64,000 nt of DNA from Ascidiella aspersa. Its lineage: Eukaryota. The DNA lies in NCBI GenBank assembly GCA_963924565.1, contig OZ004608.1:37820001-37884000 (forward strand). The letters are read 5' to 3'. The notes below the pieces were generated by a model. It did not search any database. It had not been told where the DNA came from and saw only the letters and a program-made list of their open reading frames with translations. This document shows, in pieces, positions 51,620 through 62,420 of the stretch; the first letter of the stretch is position 1, and every line of letters begins with the position of its first letter. A program made the translations under genes and the position numbers.

Positions 51620-52115
51620 CACCATCGTTCGAGGGCAATCGTCGCCACGGAGGTCTCGCCGGGTCTGAAGCTACCGAAAGCGAGTGGAGTGGAAAGCTGC
51701 CGAAATGGTCGACTGTGACGGTTCGATCACAAGGCTCCATTTTCAGGCGAACCACTCGTGCCTGGGCGGTCCCCGCGACAATCGTTGACGCTGACCGAAA
51801 TCAGTATTCCGCACTTTCAAATCCAACGCTAGAGTAACCGTAACGGCAACGGCCCCTGCCACGCCCGACCTTACTTTTAACGATCTGAGAGCTCGCCTGG
51901 CGCACACGTAATCAACGCCCACTCTTCCCCGCGCCTCGATACAACCGTGCTACCACCAACCGTGAGCGCGGCAACCCCAACAAGACAAGCATACCAGTAA
52001 AGGGGGTGGGGTGGCCGCCAAAGGGGAGTGCTTGAGCTCTACGTTCTGGTGAGACCAGCGTGCTACGGTTCAACGCATCACGGACGGGTTAAAAGGGGAG
52101 GTGAAATGTGGGATA
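51620..52115 (+). mobile_element. Gypsy-like pol 3' end with polypurine tract and start of LTR
   Basis: GC-rich island; TVRSQGSIFRR resembles an integrase C-terminal motif; AAAAGGGGAGGTGAAA (52091-52106) is immediately followed by TGT. Confidence 0.5.
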
Positions 52116-52149
52116 GCTTCGAGTGATCGAGAAGTTTGTCAAAAGTCAG

Positions 52150-52500
52150 TTTAATGCGTCAAACCATCCTCCAAACTTTCCACTGGACTTTGCGGACGTC
52201 AGTGTCCCAGGTGGAACTTTGTCACATTTAATTAAACTCACTATATTTAGGTTTGTTAAATGCCAGCGTGTTCAAAAACTTAAAAGCTGACGTTCACAAA
52301 CAAGTTCATGATGCTCATCGCCAAACCGGAAGATGGGGCGGAGTTCCAGGTTGGAGGCCCCGTTTGTAAACGGGACGTGGTCCGACAACATCCATATTTC
52401 CTTGAGTGCTCTCCGCATTTTTTTTTTACAAATTGAAACAAGAGTCACCAGGAAGTTGGCCGCCGAGGAAGGAGAGTTGGCGCGGCGCTTAGCAACTTCA
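52150..52500 (+). pseudogene. SGNH-hydrolase fragment (copy 1) interrupted by an antisense H2B fragment
   Basis: PNFPLDFADVSVPGGTLSH (block II-like) and GTWSDNIHISLSAL (DxxH, block V-like); homologous to 58850-58917 and 59310-59430. Confidence 0.6.
52290..52322 (-). pseudogene. Histone H2B fragment
   Basis: AMSIMNLFVN; DNA nearly identical to 56667-56695. Confidence 0.65.
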
Positions 52501-54418
52501 CGAACCTTTCAATAACAAGTGCTCTCCGGAAGATGCAGTATCACTAGGTATGAAAAAGAGATGAAAGTAAACGCAGCTTTCCAGTCCGCAACAACTCTCG
52601 TTGAAAACAAAGAACATTATACAAACAACGTTCGTGAAGAGTCGGCTCACCGAACGAACTATCACAAGTCCTATATTAAAAAAAACTCTATGTTAGTGTC
52701 CGACATTACTGGGGCAACCACAAGTTTTTAGTCTTCCCAAAAAAGCTTGGCGTTTGTGTATGATGTATTACATCTAAAATTCATTTGAATATAATTAGAA
52801 AATAATAGGAAATTTACGGTCAACAATAATTGTTTCTTGCGTTGTTGCACGTCTAGTAATGGAATGGATTTTTTTTAATTGGATTGGTTCACCGCCACAT
52901 CACTTTGAATGATGTGGCGGTGACTGATGCGTAAAATTTGGACGCATTTAAATTGAAAGCAAAGGTTCATCTAAAGCTCGATGCCCCTCAAAAATCTATA
53001 CCGCTTCACCAGCTGCAGGTAAATTCAGCTCCAATGGGTCGAGGGCATTTTTCTCACCCACTTTTGGCAAATGTTGGGTCTACAGCGAAGAGTTGGGACT
53101 GAGTATCATTATTCAAAAGAAAAGTATAATGCCACGCCGCATGAAAATGCTAAGGAATGCACATGTGAAAGACAGCGACAAATGGTAACACTTCGGGTTT
53201 GGGTTGCTTGGGTAATAAATGGCTGTTTCTATAACCGTGGGGAATCCTAGAATTTACGATAAAGATCCGCTTGTGATGCAAACATTCGTGGTCATCATAA
53301 TGAACATATTTTACTTCAACCCTAGAGTAACTCACCTTTCAATGATTGTCCAATTAACATATAATCGGCTCGGCGACAAATTTTCTATATTATTTGCGTC
53401 TCATCCAATTAATTGGTTTCCTAATGATACCATTTTCGCTGATGGTAATGGCCCACCTGTTCATGATTTAGTGATAGATTTTCAAAGAAAGAAAATTTCT
53501 TGTAATAATTATGTATCTGTCCTTATCAAATATATAATTTTTATGAAAGCTATTCATTAAATCTTGCAGGTATACCGCCTGTTCTGTCTGGACCTCTTCA
53601 ACACAACAGGTTCATTAGAAGTTGATCGATGTAATAGGGGGGGGGGGGGGAAGTACCCCATGCGCCTTTCAATAACCAACGTAATATCCCTGTAGCCCCT
53701 GTACAATTTTTCCCACTTATTTTCGACAGAAACGTTTTTTGTTGTTGCTTTAATAGCTTGTTTTCCAAAGCCGTAATTCATTTCGAAATGCGAAAAGTTG
53801 GGCATTAAGCTGCCATCGGCGCTACCTTGTGTTCCTCCATTGCACAAACACATACCATACGAGCATGTCTTTCAATCGATGAACATAAGTCCTGAGGACG
53901 ACTACAATACTCGTACAGCGTTCTTCGGCTTAATCACAACATCTTAGCTCTGGAAAACATCAGCGTTGCAACGAACTTCACGATGATTCCTCTGGTGTTT
54001 CGAGGACCCATTGCTGTCCCAGTTTTCAAACAGTAGTTCATCCACCATGGATGATGCAACAGGACTTATTTGAAAGAAGGCCACGGGTTAACGATTAATT
54101 GCTTTTTCAAGGTTGCCACAAAGTCTTTGAATTGTACAAAAAACTGGTGCTTGCTATTTTTTGCAGTAGCCGCGGCAGCAACCATTCTGGTTCTGTAGTG
54201 TGGTTGTTGTTTGTGGAGACACTTTCGTGCTAGGAACGATACCGCATGTTTACGTGAAATGCCAAGTACAACACGAATTTGTTTAGGGGGTGAATATGTT
54301 ACGTGTTTATTTACCATTGAAACTCTTTTATCGATTGCTGAATATCCAACTGTAGATTCTCGCTTTTACCTTTTTTTGGGGGGGACCTTGTGGTGGTTTG
54401 TTTAAAATAAAGACTTAA

Positions 54419-54661
54419 GTTTTTCGCATCAACCATCAAAAACCTCAAAAAAAAAATGAAAAAAGTACAGATTAAAAGAGAAAATCAAAAGCTGAACACA
54501 AATTCTAAACTAGATAACTGACACTCAGACAACGGACCCCGTTTTTCGCATCAACCATCAAAAACCTCAAAAAAAAATGAAAAAAGTACAGATTAAAAGA
54601 GAAAATCAAAAGCTGAACACAAATTCTAAACTAGATAACTGACACTCAGACAACGGACCCC
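54419..54661. repeat. Near-perfect 2 x ~121 bp tandem duplication
   Basis: GTTTTTCGCATCAACC...CAACGGACCCC occurs twice, differing only in an A-run length. Confidence 0.95.
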
Positions 54662-55759
54662 TTCTTTGTATATGGGCAGTCCTTACCAACGGAACTACCG
54701 GGATAACAACTCTTCTAGACGAAATAATACAAAGTTGATATTGAAGAGCAATGGAGCGCCCAGTTTCGCACTGTGCCCTGAATCACTGTTTGCAAATGTT
54801 GCAACGATTATATTATTGGTTGCTTGTAGTATTGTTTCTTTGCTTAATCGTCTGTACGCCACTTTATTTCTTATCTTATCGCGTTTTCTGTTGGCACCTA
54901 ATAATTATTTATGTTTGGCACAAATACCATTTTTTCTCTTCGTTGTGGTGATTCGGGAAAACGAAAACCAATGTGGCAGTAGTGTTTTGTGCGAGCTTGA
55001 CCTTGGTAATTGACGTTTCTGCCACGCTTTTGGGCTTTAAAAAATTTCGCTCTTTTTAATACAGTTGAAAGACACGCTGTGTGGCGCTCGGCAGCCCCAT
55101 AGGCCGAGTAGAGATCCTGCAGTATGGTAACAAATTGGCGAGCACGCCAGGACTTGGTTCGCAACAACAGCAATCAAGTTGCCATAAAGAAAATTAAAAT
55201 GAGCGACAAAATTGAGTAAAACATTCCTTGAAAACTAAAAAATGAACTTTTCTAAATAGTAATACAAGATTGTTGATTTAACGAGGTGACAATACAATGA
55301 CTAAACAAAATAAGATGAACATTACGAATAGAACCTTCCTAAAGCTGTGGTGGTAATATATCTCTACTGCTTGAACAAGATACATAAACCCGAAATCCTA
55401 CATTTGTTATATTGTTATGTTTGTAGGAATAACCCACCTAAAAATTGGGCGATAAAGGTCTGAAAAAGAAGACGTCTACCAGCTAAAAACTGAAATACCA
55501 AAGTTGATAATGAGAGTGCTCGTGCAATGGCTGCTGCCATCCACAAAATTAAGTAGCTAAAACTGTGCTTTGTTGAGCACAAAATCATAACCTTAAATTT
55601 TTCCAAAGATATTTTCAAACAGCAACGGGGCAATGGGTTTCGGTAAATGTGGCGAACTTGGTAATGCAGAATCAAGCAAAGCGCCCCGAATTCATTCCAT
55701 ACCCACACAGAAAGAAACTAGGCTAAAAACAAATAGGAGGTAAGCCAACCTTATTCCTC

Positions 55760-56063
55760 TAGTGTTAAAAGGCATTAAGGGGTTGTGGTATTACCTTACA
55801 CCTGTCTAAGCACAAGAGTTTTAGTTTTGCAAATATCTTCAAATGTCTTCGCAAATGACCGGGATAAAAACTGCTGTAATTAAACAAAATAAAACAAGTT
55901 GATGATCAGAGTAGTGTTAAAAGGCATTAAGGGGTTGTGGTATTACCTTACACCTGTCTAAGCACAAGAGTTTTAGTTTTGCAAATATCTTCAAATGTCT
56001 TCGCAAATGACCGGGATAAAAACTGCTGTAATTAAACAAAATAAAACAAGTTGATGATCAGAG
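55760..56063. repeat. 2 x ~152 bp tandem duplication
   Basis: TAGTGTTAAAAGGCATTAAGGGG...GATGATCAGAG occurs twice. Confidence 0.95.
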
Positions 56064-56439
56064 TGCTCGTGCAATAGCTGTTGCCATCCACAAAATGGAG
56101 CTGAAACTTAAATTTATAAAACATACAAACCGATATTCGGAACAGCAATGGGTCAACCGTTTCGGAACTGTAGCGAACTTTACAAATGGGTTTCATTTAT
56201 CCTACTATTAATATCTACAAAATAACTTTGTGTGTAACTTTAAAATGCATCGCATTTAGTTGGGGAGAAAAAACGATTGGATGATAGATGCTTGTAGATT
56301 TAATTTGTTGAAAAGGTTTAATATTGATTAAGCTAAACATATGCAAAAAAAACTTTTGTTTCCGGTAGAACAACGGCATCACAGAGCTGTATAAACAGTG
56401 GAATATTTGTTGCAGTTTCTTCGTTCTAAGGTTAAAGTT

Positions 56440-56625
56440 TGCAAGGCCTTGTGGGTCCAAAGATCTTCAGAAAAATATCCAACTGTTGTTTCAAACAAAC
56501 AGGTCAGGCGGTTTATTCCTACAGCCTGAAAATGTGGTTGTGTGCTGTTCGTGTCCGACGGAAATGGAAGAGATCTAGTTTGTCCATCCGTTGTCAAACT
56601 ATCCGGCCAAATTTCCCCTAGACTT
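56440..56625 (+). pseudogene. SGNH-hydrolase N-terminal fragment (copy 2)
   Basis: KALWVQR...VLFVSDGNGRDLVC; DNA homologous to 58695-58870. Confidence 0.55.
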
Positions 56626-56659
56626 AAGAGGAGCGATTTAGAATCGATTGACCCGGTCA

Positions 56660-56706
56660 AACTTATTCACGAACAAGTTCATGATGCTCATTGCCTTGCT
56701 TGATAA
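56660..56706 (-). pseudogene. Histone H2B fragment
   Basis: [16 protein letters not shown] vs canonical [17 protein letters not shown]. Confidence 0.75.
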
Positions 56707-56719
56707 GGTTCAAAAAAGC

Positions 56720-58050
56720 AGATGTTCAGCATTTGTTTGACACGGACGACCAAATTTTATGTTTGGCGTTATCCCCCGAGAAAAACAGTTGAAACTGAGG
56801 AGGGAGTGCTTTCCAACTCTCTCCAGATGGTAGCAACACATTTTAAAAAGATAGGTATTAACTGTCTGCTGTCCGCTGAACCTCTTGTTTGCTTCCACAC
56901 CGTAATACGTCGTCTGGACTCAATGCGCAAAGGAAATTTTGGCTAAATTTTTGTAGCATTATCGGTTTCCATCATTATGCGAAAACATGGGGGTCTCATA
57001 ACTCAAGTACGAGGGAATTGGTGATTAATGAGAAATTTATAAAAATGAAAAAAAAAAAAATCTTGCATTGCGAAACGAGGCCTACAGGTCACCCCAAAAC
57101 GTAAAGCCCTTCCAATTGGGAGAAAACCTTTTAGACAACTAGGACTACCGACTTTGTTTGCTAGCTTTTCTGCAGCAGACCGTCGATGGCCCCAGTTTGA
57201 GGCTATTTGCAAGCAGCCAGGAAAAGAAGTCCCTAAAGATTTGAACTGGCGATCGTATTTGTAAGCTAGTTGCAAGCATCCCGTAACCGCAGCGAGGATG
57301 TTTGACCAACGGTTTACGCACTTTTTAATAATATTCTAAAATCACAATCAGAACTCATCGAAAAAATTGGATTTTTTCTATTTCACGGAATTTCAAATGA
57401 GGTATACGGCGTTTCCCAACATTTCATTTTCATGTTGCGAACGCTTTGTCTAAACTATTCTGCCCCATACTCATTGTTTACTTAGGGTGGAATTTGATCC
57501 AAACCATAAAGTTGAGCCTAGATGATGAAGTTGTCAGCAACTTTATTGACAACTACGTAACCTGCCTATTCCACACAGCGAAGGACCCAGAGCTGCACGA
57601 AATGGCGGCATCCTTGCAAATGCATAGCAAGCTGCATTCCGCTTCTTGCAGAAAGGGTGGGAATACTCAAAAATGTTATGTAACGTAAATGATTTACTTT
57701 GTTTAGGTTATTAAAATAGCTAATTTTTGTTTACATACTTCTACAGAAGGTAGGCGCCGCATTTTGTGATTTTCTTAATGTCATGAATGGTTTGACCAGA
57801 CGAATGTTGAGTCAACGCATACAACTCTGAGCTGCTCCGAGCTTGAAATGCCAATATGGATATTCAGTACATAACGGACCTTGCAGCTGTGTTGATGTAC
57901 ATTGTACCATACATTATAAACTCGGAGAGGGGGCTTTTTAACTTAATGCAATTTAAGGAGATGCGAACTTTAAGAAACAAATATTTGACACAACTGAAAG
58001 CGAGCATTATGGAAGCTGTGCATCGAGGTATAAAAAATTACCAGAGGGCG
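56720..58050 (+). mobile_element. Helentron/Helitron2 Rep (HUH) domain remnant with introns, stops and frameshifts
   Basis: RQLGLPTLFASFSAADRRWP, HPVTAARMFDQRF, DFFYFTEFQMR|intron|LPHTHCLL (HUH), FIDNYVTC..DPELHEM..LQMHSKLHSASCRK, ANMDIQYITD..VLMYIVPYI: the diagnostic Helitron-family Rep motifs in the right order. No helicase seen. Confidence 0.85.
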
Positions 58051-58062
58051 TTTTGAATGATT

Positions 58063-58158
58063 GATGCGATCAAAAAAAGTGTTTACGAGCGAGTTCATGA
58101 TGCTCATCGCCTTGCTCGATATGCCGGTGTCAGGGTGAACCTGGATCAGCACCTTAGA
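58063..58158 (-). pseudogene. Histone H2B fragment (longest copy)
   Basis: [31 protein letters not shown] vs canonical [31 protein letters not shown]; no N- or C-terminus. Confidence 0.9.
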
Positions 58159-58474
58159 TGCTGATCTTTTGCGATTGAAATTCATTCGTTAATACTCCTG
58201 ATTGAGCGAATTTACTTGCCAAAATGGAAGATTAGAAAATGTGTGTGAAGACAGTTCCAATGGATGTGGTATACCAAAACACCAGAATAGAAAACGATAC
58301 CAAAGTTTAGTATTAATGTTTTACCTTCATTCCAGGACCTGTTCCAAGTTTAGTATTGTTCAACCAATGGGACGGCTTGCTTGTTCGGCCGGCCGTATTT
58401 TTCAACTTTGCTTGCTGACCAAAAAGAAGACATGGCTGCAATGTTATATCGAAAAAAGAAAAAGAAAAAAGTAA

Positions 58475-58640
58475 ATTGGCTGCTCTGGGAAGTCTGCAGA
58501 AAAAATTGGAAAACATCGTATACAAACCCCAAGACAGCTAACTAATTGGACAATATCAAATATCATAAATATTAACTTTTCATTTGTTTTGTAAACGAAA
58601 GGCAAAAGAATGTGCATTGCTTAAGAAAAAATTCAAAAAT
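58475..58640 (+). mobile_element. Decayed fragment of the Sola2-type transposase
   Basis: DNA clearly alignable to 63706-63866 (ATTGGCTGC..AAGTCTGCAGAAAA..AATATTAACTTTTCATTTGT..GAATGTGCATTGCTTAAGAAA). Confidence 0.8.
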
Positions 58641-58689
58641 TTACGAAGTGAATGCTAAATAATGTTTGTGTGTTTTCACTATTTAGGTC

Positions 58690-59450
58690 GGAGTGCCAAA
58701 GCCTTGTGGGTCCCAACGATCTGCCGAAAGATACCCTACTGGTATTTCAAAGAAGCAGGTCAGGGATTATTCCCACAGCCCGTAAAAAGGTTGTGTGCTG
58801 TTCGTGCCCGACAGCAATAGAAGAGATCTGGTTTGTGCGGCCGTTGTCAATCCAACCTTCCAACTTTCCACCGGATTTTGCGGTCGTCAGCGTTTCTGGT
58901 GGAACCATCTCACATGCGATTGTGGAGCTTACAGACCATCACACTCTTTCGGTGTTGACGTGGTCGTCCTGGGTCTAGGAACCAACGACGTTTTGAATAA
59001 CAGTAACCAAATGAAGGACCCCAAGCGACTGGCCAAAACAATTTACCTCCAGATTGGAAAACTAATTAAAACGATCAAAGAATTGTATTCGAGTGTCAGG
59101 GTAAATCTCGTTTTGTTTTGCTTACTGCAATAATAAGGATCATTTTAAATTAGAAATGTTATTGATATGAGGTTCTCCTCCGCCAGAAACGGAGAGAAAA
59201 ATTTGGTATGGCGAAATTCACCTCTCCGATGATGGCCTGGCAACAAAGCACACAGTGTTCTGCCCCAGTTGACTATCAAAGGGTTGCTGTGCAACTGAAC
59301 ATTTGAAGGGGCGGAGTTCCTCGGGTTGGAAGTCCCTTATGATAACGGAAAGTGGTTCAACAAACTACATATTTCCTTGAGTGCTCTCCGTATTTATTTT
59401 ACAGATTATTGAGGACAGAGTCACCAGGAGCTTAGTTGAGAAAAAGTGTG
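58690..59450 (+). pseudogene. SGNH/GDSL hydrolase (copy 3, most complete), frameshifted, intron-containing
   Basis: Block I-like VLFVPDSNRRDL, block II-like VSVSGGTI, block III VVVLGLGTNDV, block V-like KWFNKLHISLSAL; putative GT donor at 59102. Confidence 0.7.
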
Positions 59451-61724
59451 TCACAAGGCGACCAAGGAGGTTGGTGTTGTTCACATCAAACAAAATGGTG
59501 CTTCGCCTGTGATAGTTTTTTCGGCAAGTATGTTACGAGGAAGCACACCCGTTTCGTCGATGTTTGGAATTTGGTTTTCCCGCGATGAAGGTAGCTCTGC
59601 AAATATGTTATACTGAAAAATGTTAAAAGAAAGGGCGGAGAGTGAAAAACCATGGCAGCGAGAAAGCCAGCGACTAAGTGCTTTTCTAAAAGCTTTTTAT
59701 CATGTCAATACTTAAAGTTGTTCCCACCACTGCGGTAAGTATTTTTGCAAACAACTTTCACATTAACGGATTTATTTTTTTTATACCGAAAGCAACGAAC
59801 TTATGATGCGACATGTACGGCAGGTTCGCTTTCATTCTAATCGCTGCATATGAAATATCTATGCGTCATCCGTCATAAGAAGTATGCGATGGGTTATTGA
59901 TGTGCGCGGGATCTTTAATAAACAACGTTCTATATTCCACGGTTATCTTATTTATCACAAAAATGACTTTTCAAGTAAAAATAAGCTGGACATGGCTAAA
60001 AGTGCAATTTGAGCGAAATCAGCATCTTTCTGAAAGGAGATTCGGAAGAGAGCAAACTTTAACTTGACAAAATGGCCACCATGTCAACAAACCCGTTTGT
60101 TAAATGTTTTGACAACAGCATTGGAAGAGCAAGGCAGGAATTGAAATCTCAAAGGCAAGTCCACAAAACAAATTTTATTATCTAGATTTTTTGCATTATT
60201 TACTAGCAATTGCCGAGGAACAAAACAATAATGGACCACAATTGTAATTCCCACATACTGTTATTTGCTGGGGAAGTCGTTGTAGTGTCAAATAACAACC
60301 CAGTTTTATCATCGATCTAAATGATTATGAAATTGTTGTCAAAAGACACATGGCTAAGCGACAGACAAATTTGATACACTTCTAAATATTATGGCAACAG
60401 AACTCACCCAAATAGGAGCTGTCATGCCTTAAACTCCCATTCAATTTACCCTAACAATACATTCATAATCTGGGCAGTCAATCCAATCCTTGGGTTACAG
60501 CGTCTTTAAAATTTAACCCAAACAGGGGCCAGACAGCTATCCTTCCCATCTATTCTGGTGACAATAAGGAATCCAGGCATTTCTTGCAATTGTGAACAGC
60601 AAAACCACCGCGTTGAAATTATAAAAGATTTCCAACAATTGAACAACTTTTGATTAACATGGTAAATAATAATCAATGTGTTTATAGTGCTATAGGCAGA
60701 GTTTACACAGTTCACCGAAGCCAACATGTGAATGTTATTAATTACCGTAGAAATGCTTTGTTTACAAAGAGGCTGAACAGGCGACCCATAAAGGAACTAC
60801 TTCCATTTATAAGGTACCGAATAACGCTCGAAATTGGTGACAGAGCTGTCGTTACTATTGGGGATGTCATAACAGAGCTTTAATGTCGAAACATAACAGC
60901 CTCTGTATTAACCGACTTAAATTCGCCACTCCGGTTGAATCTGGTATCAGCCAATGAAAGTAAGACAAATGTTCAGTTCTATAGGTATAGAAAAGATGAA
61001 GATATTTTGCCAAACAGAGTGGAGTCAAACCATATCAAATCAACACACCCATATGACATGACCTCTTTCAAATTTAATGAAATTTAACATGAATAAAGTA
61101 GTTGTCATTAAAGTGGGATTTACCAAATTTCAGCCTGATCGGTCGAGAAATGTAAAAGTAATGACATAAGAAAGTTTTTGCATAATATCCACACGATGGC
61201 GTAGTTTCAACATTGTTTTGTGAATAACTTTTAACTGGTAACTAGCAAAAACTTCTATAATATATCAAAAGAAAGAAGAGAGTGTATAGCATGCTACTGT
61301 CTTGGTTGTACATATTGCTTTAGACCAGAAAAAATATTATAGGTGAATTTGTACTTGAAGTTTCGGGGGTAATCGGATGACTCCGGACATAAAATAATAC
61401 TTTTTTTTTTTTTTAGAAAAATAGTTTAATTACTTCTTTTTAATAAAACATCAAAATTTTTGTGGTGTTTTGCTTATATATTTATAAAAATATGTTATGT
61501 ATCTGTAGTAATAAAAAACTGAAAGTTGCATTACAAAGAAATAAAAGAGTTATAAAAAATAGGGAAAAAAGGAAAAAGGCAAATTACAGTGGAGTCTTGG
61601 TTAAGTAATAAACAAAGAAAGTATAAATAGGCTGTGCTGACAGGCAGTTCAACAGCAAAATAGTTACTTATAAAGGCTTGCAGAGAGCTTAAAATATTGT
61701 ATTTAATTTTCAGTGATCTGTAAA

Positions 61725-62420
61725 ATGAACTGTGAAATTGGACTATTGCTAAATGAAGATTGTGATTTTTCAACTTCTAGTAAAGAGCTAATTTCTGACT
61801 TAAAAGTTGAAGAGCTTGAAATTATAAGAAGAAGGTGTGGACTCACAGGCAATCCTACAAACCTGTGTGCGGGCCATACAAGAAAATATTTAAAAGATTA
61901 TGCATATCATAACAGAGCTTGCTGTGACCCATTTAGCAAGCACACAAAAAAAATATTGAAAAATGTTAGGGAAATTTCTCTGAGTTTTTGTTTGAAACAT
62001 TCATCTTTAAATCTGGTGCCAGGAAAAAAACTCTGTCATCATTGTCGCATTCATGTTTTACAAAATGCATCAGCCTCTGAAAGTTTTGTTACAGCAGAAA
62101 AAGATTCACCAAGTTCTTCAACCAGTAATGTTTCAATAACTGATCCAAGTTTATCATCTGAATCTGACGAAATTTTTCAAGGTACAGCAGTAGATGTTGT
62201 AAATTTGAACAAATCTTTGCACAGTTTAGGGGAGTCTCCTTTAAGTTTAAGGAAGCTGCATAGGAATAAAAAATATGGGTCTGAAAAAGTTGAACAGATG
62301 ACTGGTACACTTCGAAAAAGATTAAGAATGGATATAAGTGTTCAGCAAGAAAATGTTGTTAAAGAGCAAAAACAAAGCAAATACTTAAGAAATTATGAAA
62401 CAGCTGAAAGAAAAATTTGA
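61725..62420 (+). CDS. Sola2-type transposase, N-terminal part (Cys/His zinc-binding domain), upstream of a +1 frameshift
   Basis: ATG at 61725 after a TTTTCAG acceptor-like site; C..G..C, LCAGH, CCDPFSKH, LVPGKKLCHHC, a Ser-rich linker and LNKSL..LGESPL; overlaps the next frame by ~30 nt. Confidence 0.7.
   Translation: MNCEIGLLLNEDCDFSTSSKELISDLKVEELEIIRRRCGLTGNPTNLCAGHTRKYLKDYAYHNRACCDPFSKHTKKILKNVREISLSFCLKHSSLNLVPGKKLCHHCRIHVLQNASASESFVTAEKDSPSSSTSNVSITDPSLSSESDEIFQGTAVDVVNLNKSLHSLGESPLSLRKLHRNKKYGSEKVEQMTGTLRKRLRMDISVQQENVVKEQKQSKYLRNYETAERKI

Noticed and set aside
52290-58185. Genuine histone gene cluster
   Set aside because: Only short internal H2B fragments; no complete ORF, no other core histones recognised (ORF 54898-55173 does not match H3/H4), and no 3' histone stem-loop found.
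60320-60883. ORF using TGA as Trp (alternative genetic code / organellar insert)
   Set aside because: Reading through three TGAs gives a longer frame, but the product resembles nothing I recognise and the protease-like motifs lie in several frames, which fits ordinary decay better.
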